A DNA stretch of 64,000 nt from Verrucomicrobiota bacterium (GCA_038214755.1 JBBQRQ010000002.1:64001-128000), one strand, 5' to 3'. Counted from the stretch's first letter, positions 19,718 to 27,040 are shown. Numbers and translations: made by a program. Notes: generated by a model not told the origin, from the letters alone.

Positions 19718-20454
19718 AACCAAATGTCCGTTCCTGCGGCGAGCCAGTTCGGAACCATCTTCTGATGCTGCCAGTGTTCGCTTTGCTGCACCTTCTCCAC
19801 AAACTCCGGACGGACCAGTTTGGCGCGGCCTGTCACATAGCCGTCGGCCTCACTGCGAACGTAAAGTCCTTCCATCAAATTGTCGGTCTTGCCCGTGATT
19901 GGATTTTCAAAAGCGCTGTCAAACGCCGATGGCACGATGAGCGATTCCAGTTCGTCTGCCTTGGCGCGACCGCGATGAACGATAGGCACAGTATGAAGGC
20001 CGGTTCCGTCCAACATTCGCTGACGAGCGGCGAGGTCGAGAAACTGCCCGGCGTCCTTGTCGTAAATGTCGAACTCGAAAAAGTAATGCGGTAGCTTGCA
20101 ATAGTGGACGGAGTGCTTCGCGTAGAGCCATTCGCCGTAGAGGATAAACTGATTACCGAGCATTCCTTCGAGGACTGGGCGCTTCACCGAAGTCCACTGC
20201 TTGAAGAGATCATATTGCGGATGCATGCCCTCGGTAATTTCGTGACCACGGCATTGCAGCACCATGCGTCCACGGGACGTGAAATGAATTCCAACGTTCG
20301 TGCCATCAATCTTCTCCGCCACAATCAACGAAGGGTCCGCGATCAACCTCTCAGATTCTTTTTGGCCAAGATGTTTGTCGCCAGCAGTTCCCTTCGACCC
20401 GAACAGATGCGGTGTGCGTGGGTATTTGATAAAATCATCGCGGGTCGCTCCCAT
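19714..20454 (-). CDS. ATP-dependent RNA ligase-family protein (Rnl2-like nucleotidyltransferase)
   Basis: [15 protein letters not shown] (adenylated Lys), LYGEW, EFDI, EGLYVR, RAKLV motifs. Confidence 0.85.
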   Translation of the reverse strand: MGATRDDFIKYPRTPHLFGSKGTAGDKHLGQKESERLIADPSLIVAEKIDGTNVGIHFTSRGRMVLQCRGHEITEGMHPQYDLFKQWTSVKRPVLEGMLGNQFILYGEWLYAKHSVHYCKLPHYFFEFDIYDKDAGQFLDLAARQRMLDGTGLHTVPIVHRGRAKADELESLIVPSAFDSAFENPITGKTDNLMEGLYVRSEADGYVTGRAKLVRPEFVEKVQQSEHWQHQKMVPNWLAAGTDIWL

Positions 20455-20520
20455 AGCAGTAATCGAGTTTGGTTGAATTAAGTTGGGAGAGCGAGCTTTG
20501 ACGCCCGCTCTCCCGTTGTT

Positions 20521-20591
20521 TCATTCGTTCAAGAACAGTTTCCACTCCGTGATGCCGTGGGCGTTGCGGAGGAGCGCCGTGACCGGCAGTT
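20521..20591 (-). pseudogene. Orphan copy of HNH gene 3' end (LPVTALLRNAHGITEWKLFLNE*)
   Basis: 61/71 nt identical by manual alignment to 21946-22016. Confidence 0.9.
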
Positions 20592-20619
20592 TCCCGCCTT
20601 GCGCGACCGTGGTACGTTT

Positions 20620-21867
20620 TCACAGACAAGACCACGGGAGCGCCGTCACCTTGTCGTGTATTTGCAGCGGCTGACGGCAGCGGCAAATGATGTAGGCGTG
20701 CTTCGCGTGTTTCGGATGTTCACCCAAGAACGTCAGGAGATGACGCGCGTCGGAGAGCGTCGGGTTCTCCGTCCATTTCACTTCAATCGGCGTCAGGCCG
20801 CCTTCGCGCTGGATGATGAAGTCCACTTCCGCGCCGTCATGGGTGCGGAGGTAATGCAACGTGCCCGTGCCAAGGTATTGCAGGCGTTTCCAAAGTTCGA
20901 CTCCCACCCATTGCTCGAAGAGCGGGCCGGGATTCGCCAGCACCACATCGGTGTTGGGCCGCAACCCGGCGGCGGCGTGGCGGATGCCGAGGTCGAAGAA
21001 CAGGAAGCGGTCGGTGGAGAGCAGATTTTTTCGCGGGCTGCCGGAATATGCTGGCAGACGGAAGCCGAGAAACATGTCTTCCAAAAGCTGGTAGTGGCTC
21101 TTGATGGTCGGCACGGACAGGCCTACGTCCTTGGAAATTTTGTGGTAGTTCACCATCTGCCCGGACTCGACGGCGGCGAAGCGCAGGAAGCGCACGAACG
21201 CGGGCCAGTCCTTCACCATCGCTTCGCGCCGCATTTCCTCCTCCAGATGAAGTTGCGTGTAGGCGTGCAACATCTCGGCGCGATGCGCTTCGTCAGCGGT
21301 GACGACGCCCGGGAGTTCGCCGAAGGCGAGTCGTGTGAGCAGGTCGGCGCGCGGAAATGGTTTCGTCGGGCGCTTCCCGTCCGGCCAGTCGAGCGGCAAC
21401 GGCGGCGGGGCGTCAAACTCAGCGGGCGATTCGGCAGGCGGGCGTTCAGTCAGCGTGAGCGGAAAAAGGCGGTGCAAAAAGCTGCGGCCCGGCAGAAGGT
21501 TCGCGCCGGTCTGCCGCAACTTGCGCGCGGAACTGCCGCAGAGGATGAACCGCCAGCGTTTCTTGTCTCCGTCGTAAAGATGCTGCACGGCGTCGAACAG
21601 CGCGGGCACGTTTTGCGCCTCGTCCACGAACACCCACGCGCCGCCTTCGCGCTGTCGCAGGCCACGGCAAAGTGCGATGAGGTCGTCCGGGTGGTTGAGA
21701 TATTGCGCCCGCACCTTCGGAATGGAGAGGTCAATGCGCGCGGCGTGCGGCGGCAGGAGATTCTGAATGAGGGTGGATTTGCCCGTCTGCCGCGCGCCGA
21801 ACACGATATGCACATACGGGGCGGCGAACTTCTTTCGCCAAAGGGATTCGGGCCAGCGGGTGAACAC
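20620..21867 (-). CDS. AAA_14 ATPase + DUF4143 protein (second, divergent paralog)
   Basis: GARQTGKS, VDEAQ, LCGSS, AEVDFII..IEVKW. Confidence 0.9.
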   Translation of the reverse strand: MFTRWPESLWRKKFAAPYVHIVFGARQTGKSTLIQNLLPPHAARIDLSIPKVRAQYLNHPDDLIALCRGLRQREGGAWVFVDEAQNVPALFDAVQHLYDGDKKRWRFILCGSSARKLRQTGANLLPGRSFLHRLFPLTLTERPPAESPAEFDAPPPLPLDWPDGKRPTKPFPRADLLTRLAFGELPGVVTADEAHRAEMLHAYTQLHLEEEMRREAMVKDWPAFVRFLRFAAVESGQMVNYHKISKDVGLSVPTIKSHYQLLEDMFLGFRLPAYSGSPRKNLLSTDRFLFFDLGIRHAAAGLRPNTDVVLANPGPLFEQWVGVELWKRLQYLGTGTLHYLRTHDGAEVDFIIQREGGLTPIEVKWTENPTLSDARHLLTFLGEHPKHAKHAYIICRCRQPLQIHDKVTALPWSCL

Positions 21868-21876
21868 GGCTTGGTT

Positions 21877-21922
21877 TTAATCGCCTGTTATTGAAAGTCA
21901 ACTTTCAATAACAGGCGTTTAA
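21877..21922. repeat. Palindrome immediately upstream of AAA-DUF4143 gene 2
   Basis: CGCCTGTTATTGAAAGT-ca-ACTTTCAATAACAGGCG perfect 17-bp arms, flanked by TTAA. Confidence 0.85.
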
Positions 21923-21945
21923 TGAAAACGCGATTCGCGCGCACC

Positions 21946-22203
21946 TCAGGCATTGAGGAACAGTTTCCACTCCGCGATGCCGTGCGCGTTTCGGATGAGC
22001 GCCGTCACCGGCAGTTCCTTCGGCGCGCGCGGAACGTTGAGCAATTTCAATACGGCTTCGTGCGGCAGGCGGTTGCCCTTTTTCGAGTTCACCGCTTTGT
22101 TCGCCCAGACGCAATTCTCCCACGCATCTTTTCCGCCGCGCGAACGTGGCAGGATATGATCGATACTGCCTTCCTCCGGCTTCAGAATTTTGCCGGTGTA
22201 TTG
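21946..22203 (-). pseudogene. HNH endonuclease, 5'-truncated
   Basis: QYTG..SIDHILPRSRGG..WENCV..NSKKGNR; sequence upstream of QYTG is tRNA-like rather than coding. Confidence 0.8.
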
Positions 22204-22224
22204 GACCAGCCTCCCGGAATTGAA

Positions 22225-22302
22225 TGGTGCGGCAACCGGGAGTTGCACCCGGACGAACGGAAGACTTGCAGGTCGCCGCCTGGGCTACTCGGCTAATAGG
22301 AC
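22225..22302 (-). pseudogene. Chimeric tRNA pseudogene: tRNA-Cys(GCA)-like 5' half fused to another tRNA 3' half
   Basis: GTCCTAT-TA-GCC GAGTAGCCCA GGC-G-GCGAC CTGCAA|GTCTTCC..CCGGG TGCAACT CCCGG TTGCCGC A CCA; acceptor strands do not pair. Confidence 0.65.
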
Positions 22303-22310
22303 ATCAATCG

Positions 22311-22515
22311 TTACTCTCGGAAGTAATGATCGCGCCGACTTCCGTCATAGCAGCCAGACTGCAATCAACAATTTTTGAAAGCTGCGTCCTGAGCCGCACG
22401 AACAAAGATCGTTGCGTCCGAGCTTTTCATGAAGCTCCTTAGTTCCATAAACGATGCGGGAACCTTTTTTCAAGCGAGTTTCCGATGGATACCCTTTGCG
22501 ACGTTTGCTGGTGAT
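22311..22515 (-). CDS. Small SEC-C metal-binding motif protein (recoded or pseudogene)
   Basis: [35 protein letters not shown]; +1 frame continues [21 protein letters not shown]; no ATG/GTG start; absent from the ORF track. Confidence 0.7.
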
Positions 22516-22634
22516 CTCGAAAAAACGGGCTGTCTTGATGAACCGATTGATTTCCCTTACGGCCTCCGGCTTAGGGGTTGTGGTTGTGAATAACTAATGC
22601 TTGAAATTTTTTCCTTCTAACGCGACAACAGAAC

Positions 22635-22757
22635 TGCGCGACGAACAGCTTTGATCCAAATACCGGCTTTGAGATCTTTGTGCCGGGGCGTGGATTGCTC
22701 CTCGGAGCAGTATTCCGCTTGCGGAAGCGCCTATCTCCTTTGAGCGTTCGCCGCGCA
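22635..22757 (-). ncRNA. Candidate structured ncRNA (~123 nt)
   Basis: 5' TGCGCGGCGAACGCT pairs with 3' AGC(T)GTTCGTCGCGCA; internal hairpins TTCCGCAAGCGGAA, TGCTCCGAGGAGCA, CCGGC..GCCGG. Confidence 0.5.
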
Positions 22758-22771
22758 TTTACTTTTTGAAT

Positions 22772-22848
22772 TGGTCAGGAAGCCGGCATTTGCACGCGGA
22801 CCGTCTCCTTCACAGGGAGAGATGCTGCTAATTACACCACGATCCTGA
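22772..22848 (-). tRNA. tRNA-His(GTG)-like, atypical or degenerate
   Basis: TCTCC-CTGTGAA-GGAGA anticodon arm; encoded CCA; bulged acceptor stem; imperfect T stem with TGCAAAT loop. Confidence 0.65.
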
Positions 22849-22854
22849 TTTGAG

Positions 22855-22938
22855 CGCGGAACGCAGAACGCGGAACGCGGAAAGAAAAACTCGCGCGCGA
22901 TTGATCTGATTTCCACGTTCCGCATTCCGAGTTCCGCG
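22855..22938. repeat. Inverted heptamer (GCGGAAC)n hairpin spacer
   Basis: About four CGCGGAA units mirrored by TTCCGCG-like units. Confidence 0.75.
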
Positions 22939-22945
22939 TTTGAAA

Positions 22946-23019
22946 TGCTCCCACGTGGACTTGCACCACGAACCTTCTCCTTCGCAGGGAGACATGCAGT
23001 TCTATTACACCTTGAGAGC
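22946..23019 (-). tRNA. tRNA-Arg(GCG)-like
   Basis: Full cloverleaf: GCTCTCA/TGGGAGC acceptor, GTGT/GCAT D stem, TCTCC-CTGCGAA-GGAGA, CGTGG-TGCAAGT-CCACG; CCA not encoded. Confidence 0.8.
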
Positions 23020-23027
23020 GGAAAGAA

Positions 23028-23112
23028 ATTTACGATTTACGAATGACGATTTACGCGGGCAAATCCAAATCGTCAGCCGACTCGTAAATCGTAAATCCAA
23101 AATCGTAAATCG
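23028..23112. repeat. Inverted heptamer (ATTTACG)n hairpin spacer
   Basis: ATTTACG units mirrored by CGTAAAT units. Confidence 0.75.
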
Positions 23113-23115
23113 AAA

Positions 23116-23143
23116 TGGTATCCGTGGCCGGACTTGCACCGGC
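23116..23143 (-). pseudogene. tRNA 3'-half remnant
   Basis: GCCGG-TGCAAGT-CCGGC-CACGGAT-A-CCA with no matching 5' half. Confidence 0.75.
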
Positions 23144-23260
23144 TAGGTGGTGGAGATGAAGCGGTCGCGGAAACGTTTTAAAACGTCGCAAATAAAAGGA
23201 GCGGCATGACGGTGAATGAGTTGTTGATATTTTTCATAGCGGGAAAGTGGCCGGAACCCT

Positions 23261-23386
23261 CCACCGTTTCGAGTCTTTTCGTCGGCCTGCGCTACGCTCC
23301 GGCCTCCTCCAAGACTCGAAACGGTGGGAAGAATAAATCACTGAAGGTTTGATCGCACACACTGAAGGTTTGATCGCACCGCGACA
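23261..23386 (-). mobile_element. Solo transposon/IS end remnant
   Basis: Minus-strand TGT terminus at 23386, two perfect 20-bp repeats CACTGAAGGTTTGATCGCAC (23339-23358, 23360-23379), and a 17-bp hairpin at 23261-23327. Confidence 0.55.
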
Positions 23387-23422
23387 GCTACAAATCTGAG
23401 TCGTGGCGACGGCGCGCTGCTC

Positions 23423-23493
23423 GTAGCCGCCGACGTGAGGAGGCGGATTCCGATCGGAAAACCACGAAACCGCCTCCTCACGTCAGCGGCTAC
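23423..23493. repeat. GTAG-type REP doublet
   Basis: GTAGCCGCCGACGTGAGGAGGCGG ... CCGCCTCCTCACGTCAGCGGCTAC. Confidence 0.8.
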
Positions 23494-23540
23494 AACTTAT
23501 GAAATTTTGATGGAGCGCGAACCAGATTTTTCCCGGAGAT

Positions 23541-23939
23541 TTATTCCTTTTTCTTTTTGAAAAATCTTGGGCCAGCCTCGCCTTGTCGTTGTTGAACTTT
23601 GAGTTGGCCAAGAATGGAGACCCAACCGATAAAAATTTTATGCCATTGATTTTCCATGCTGCGGATGACGCCATCGGCCATTTCGCTGAGGTAGCGAATG
23701 GAGGGCGCGCTCGAGATCAGGGCGAGGACGTCTTCCTTGGTCGGGGAGGGGCATTCCACGGAAGCGAGGATCAACTCCATTTCCTGAACGATGACGCTTT
23801 TGACTTCGAGGAATTGGATCTCGTCTTCGCTGCTGAATTTTTTTGAGCGGGCGAGGTTGACGAAATAATTAAATTGCTTGAGGCATTCCAAATAATTTTC
23901 CAACTGCAGGATGAGTTGTTCGTGGTCTTGGTGGCGCAT
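23541..23939 (-). CDS. Hypothetical helical protein
   Basis: Clean ORF, third gene of the response-regulator operon. Confidence 0.7.
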   Translation of the reverse strand: MRHQDHEQLILQLENYLECLKQFNYFVNLARSKKFSSEDEIQFLEVKSVIVQEMELILASVECPSPTKEDVLALISSAPSIRYLSEMADGVIRSMENQWHKIFIGWVSILGQLKVQQRQGEAGPRFFKKKKE

Positions 23940-23944
23940 AAAAT

Positions 23945-24247
23945 TTAATCGTTGTAGGGCTGAAGTCCTTTTGGTTTGAGAAAAATAATGGCTCCGCCGC
24001 GAAGCTCGCGCGCGGTGATTTTAAAGCCGCCATAACGCACGATAATTTCGGACAGAGGCAAAGCGGCCTTGCGCGCATCCTGGAATACGCCCAAAACGGT
24101 GCCGCTGATCTCGCCCATGTATTTTTGGGAGAAGGAATGCGGCAAGGTCGAGGCGAGCAAACGGCCCAGCGCATCGACGGTGAAACTGCCCGAAGGCAAC
24201 CGCGCCAGTTTCGGAATCGGTTTGGAAAAAATATTTAAGAAGCCCAT
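23945..24247 (-). CDS. Hypothetical protein, possibly roadblock/longin-like
   Basis: Start MGFLNIFSK overlaps the upstream stop; short alpha/beta pattern. Confidence 0.6.
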   Translation of the reverse strand: MGFLNIFSKPIPKLARLPSGSFTVDALGRLLASTLPHSFSQKYMGEISGTVLGVFQDARKAALPLSEIIVRYGGFKITARELRGGAIIFLKPKGLQPYND

Positions 24248-25311
24248 TTGATTGAGATGTTTTTTAAGGTTTCGTAAAGTTGGTCCGCGCTCAACGTGCG
24301 CTTGAATCCAACGCAAAGTTCCGTGTCGCCGCGCGAGGCGATTCCTATGTGCCGCTGCAATCCCAGCCCTTCAACCTGCTTTAAATCGCCCGCCTGCAAT
24401 TTTTCTCCGAGGTCGCGCAAGCGTTTTTGGGTTTGTCGGGTCCACGCCGCGACCGGGCTGGAATTTTCCAGTCCCCAGGAATCCGGCGCGGCTTTTTGAT
24501 CGGCGGGAACGGTCATGACAAATTCCACGCCATCGATGCGCGAGAGAGCGGCCAGCGGGGAGCGCGTCAAAAATTTCGTGTCGCACGCGGCGGTTTGCGC
24601 GGAGGATTCCGAACCTTTATTCTCGTCAAAGGCCTGGGCGAAATCCAGAAGCAATCCTTGATAGGGAGTTAAGATCACCCGCACATGGTCCGGTTCACCA
24701 GGCAAAATCTCGAAGCTGCCATTTTTCCACGACAAAATTTCTTTGAAAGCTGCTTCGCCACTCATGGTCAAGGTCGCCGCATCCATCACTTCGCCATCCG
24801 TCACCCAAATATTTCCCTGCCGGCCTTCCTTCGTGATTTTCAAAACAGAGGAACTGTGCGAGAGACATTCCAATTGGATCAGATCAACCAGGCTCTTGCT
24901 TTGGATTCCGCGAAACCCGTTATCGACCTGCTGGCCGAGCAAGGATTCGATGCACTCGCGGAACAGATTTATTTCCTCTGACGTGCTGGGCTTTTCCCAA
25001 AATAAATCGATGCCCATGGCGTAAGCGCGAGTCCGATATTGTTCATCGACCACCGCCGTCATCACGACGATTCGCAGTTGAGGAAATTTCCGGCGCACGA
25101 TGGAGAGCACTTGCAGTCCATCCATCTTGGGCATCCGCAAATCAGAAATGAGCATCGTAAACGGCTCGGATTCCAGTATGGCAATGGCGCGCGCGCCGGA
25201 AGTGGAGGTGTGGATTTCCGGCTGGCTGGGCAATTGCCGGAGGACCTCCTGAAACAAATCGAGCAAGTCCTGCTCATCATCCAGCAGTAAAATTTTATGG
25301 GGTTGGGACAT
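24235..25311 (-). CDS. Response regulator: receiver + DUF4388/PATAN + C-terminal roadblock-like domain
   Basis: LLDDE, ISDLRMP, MTA, EKP receiver residues; GFRGIQSKSLVDLIQL..GEAAFKEILSWKNGSF. Confidence 0.85.
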   Translation of the reverse strand: MSQPHKILLLDDEQDLLDLFQEVLRQLPSQPEIHTSTSGARAIAILESEPFTMLISDLRMPKMDGLQVLSIVRRKFPQLRIVVMTAVVDEQYRTRAYAMGIDLFWEKPSTSEEINLFRECIESLLGQQVDNGFRGIQSKSLVDLIQLECLSHSSSVLKITKEGRQGNIWVTDGEVMDAATLTMSGEAAFKEILSWKNGSFEILPGEPDHVRVILTPYQGLLLDFAQAFDENKGSESSAQTAACDTKFLTRSPLAALSRIDGVEFVMTVPADQKAAPDSWGLENSSPVAAWTRQTQKRLRDLGEKLQAGDLKQVEGLGLQRHIGIASRGDTELCVGFKRTLSADQLYETLKNISIKWAS

Positions 25312-25429
25312 TGGTCTTGAAAATCAGGACATTTTAATTTGGCGCAAAAAATGCGAACCGCACAGAACGAATGAAAATGCAATCAGTGAAAATAACCGCG
25401 ACAGCCACACTTTATTAAAGGTTAAAAAC

Positions 25430-27028
25430 ATGTTTGGATCACTCAAAAAATTATTCCGTAAGGACATGGACGCTGGCCTAGCTACTTCTATTCCAGAGAC
25501 ATTTCATTCCACCGCAAGCCCCTCGTGGGCGTCGCGTCCGGATGCGCCCGCCACCATGACGTTTTCTCCCGAAATTCTCGCCCCTACTCCTTCTCTTACG
25601 GGAGTGGCAAGTTCGGTCGAGATTGTGGCATTGCCGGTGAGAAGCATCCTGGCTTCGTTGCCCAGTACGCTAACTTCTCTTGTCCAATCTCAGGGCAACG
25701 GCTTTGTCAACCTGTCCGCAAAGCGGATTTTGCAAGAGCTACCTAAGGGTTCGGTAAAACTTCCTTTTGCCGAAATTCGGCACGCCGCTCCCAATGGAAC
25801 TTTTTTCGACAACGCGCGTTTCGATCAGATGCTGATCGAACTGCCGCTGGCCGAAATTTTGTCGCGGCTCCATCCTTCTCTCTTGTCGCGCCGCGCCAAT
25901 CAAAAACAAACTTTTGTCTCGCTGGAAGTCACCAATATTTTCGGTCCGCGCGGTCAGGGTATTTCGATTAGCCAGCCTGAGAGATCGTTCAAGCCCGCGC
26001 CAGCAGTCGGTGAGACGACGAATGCCCACGATGCGACGCCCACCGCCATGCCGACGTTGGCCATGCCAATTGCAGTTCCAATCGTGTCTCACGTTCCGCA
26101 ACTCCGAGTGCTGCCCCCCGAACCTGCGCTCGCCGGAAATGCGGATCGGCTGGAAATCCCGATCGCCGCTCTTTTCGAAAAATGGCCGCAAGCCATTCGG
26201 AGGGAGATAGCGGAATCTGATTTGATTCAGGCAACGATTTCTTTTCCGATGGACAAGATTGAGCCGTTACTGAAAGCCGGAAAAATTATTTTTACCTGGC
26301 AACAAATCTGCCAATGGATGCAACCGCGCGTCAAAAATGTTTCCGCCGAAGAGGATCTGCCCCTTGAGTTGCCGCTCGAAATCGTCGCGCCCCTTTTTAT
26401 GGCGCAACACCGCCCGGCCAAAGCACAGAAGAAAATTTCCATGGGCGAAATCCCGGACCTGTTCACCAACCTCAAAACGGAGCGAGTCGCCGTTTTGAAA
26501 CACGAAATCACCGCGCCGGTCCTGCACCTGGAATCCATCGCGGCGCCTCCGAAAATAAAACCATTCGTGATGCCCGTGGCAGTAGAATCTGTTCCTGCGC
26601 CGGTTGAAATAGAACCGGCGGTCGCGCCGATCCAGCCAGAGAATCCGGTCGGAGAAATTTTTGGGCGCGCGGAAAAACAGGATTGGTCACCCGGCGAGAT
26701 CGTGAAAAATTTGGCGGCAATGCCCGACTTGGATGGAGCATTCATCGCCATGCAGGACGGGCTGCTGGTCGCAGCAGAATTACCGGGGAAATTCAAAGCG
26801 GAAACGGTCGCCGCTTTTCTCCCGCAAATTTTCGGACGCATGAATCAATACGCCAAAGAGCTTCAACTAGGCGGTCTCTCCAGCCTGGCTTTCGAAGCGG
26901 AAAACATTTCCTGGCAAATCGTGAAGGCAGAAGGCGTCTATCTCGTGGTGCTGGGCAAACCGGGCCGGGATTTACCGAAGGCAACACTCAACACAATCGC
27001 GAACGCAGTCAGCAAACAGATTCAATAA
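25430..27028 (+). CDS. Large protein with C-terminal roadblock/LC7 (MglB-like) domain
   Basis: LAAMPDLDGAFIAMQDGLLVAA C-terminal domain; Pro-rich linkers. Confidence 0.75.
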   Translation: MFGSLKKLFRKDMDAGLATSIPETFHSTASPSWASRPDAPATMTFSPEILAPTPSLTGVASSVEIVALPVRSILASLPSTLTSLVQSQGNGFVNLSAKRILQELPKGSVKLPFAEIRHAAPNGTFFDNARFDQMLIELPLAEILSRLHPSLLSRRANQKQTFVSLEVTNIFGPRGQGISISQPERSFKPAPAVGETTNAHDATPTAMPTLAMPIAVPIVSHVPQLRVLPPEPALAGNADRLEIPIAALFEKWPQAIRREIAESDLIQATISFPMDKIEPLLKAGKIIFTWQQICQWMQPRVKNVSAEEDLPLELPLEIVAPLFMAQHRPAKAQKKISMGEIPDLFTNLKTERVAVLKHEITAPVLHLESIAAPPKIKPFVMPVAVESVPAPVEIEPAVAPIQPENPVGEIFGRAEKQDWSPGEIVKNLAAMPDLDGAFIAMQDGLLVAAELPGKFKAETVAAFLPQIFGRMNQYAKELQLGGLSSLAFEAENISWQIVKAEGVYLVVLGKPGRDLPKATLNTIANAVSKQIQ

Positions 27029-27040
27029 AGGAAACAACGT

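Noticed and set aside
20557..21894. 445-aa plus-strand ORF and similar long antisense ORFs (3587-4651, 9427-10695, 44048-44959, 57441-58697)
   Set aside because: Shadows of well-supported opposite-strand genes, with no recognisable motifs.
20521..22016. HNH 3' duplicates as a diversity-generating retroelement TR/VR pair
   Set aside because: Mismatches are not adenine-specific and no reverse transcriptase is present.
23116..23143. tRNA 3' half as the att site of an integrative element
   Set aside because: No integrase and no intact parent tRNA copy in the window; it has the same TGCAA loop as the array tRNAs, so truncation is simpler.
23178..23237. Short minus-strand ORF MKNINNSFTVMPLLLFATF
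   Set aside because: 19 codons with no supporting homology or context.
23339..23379. 20-bp direct repeats as a CRISPR array
   Set aside because: Only two copies 1 nt apart, no spacer and no cas genes; better explained as a transposon end.
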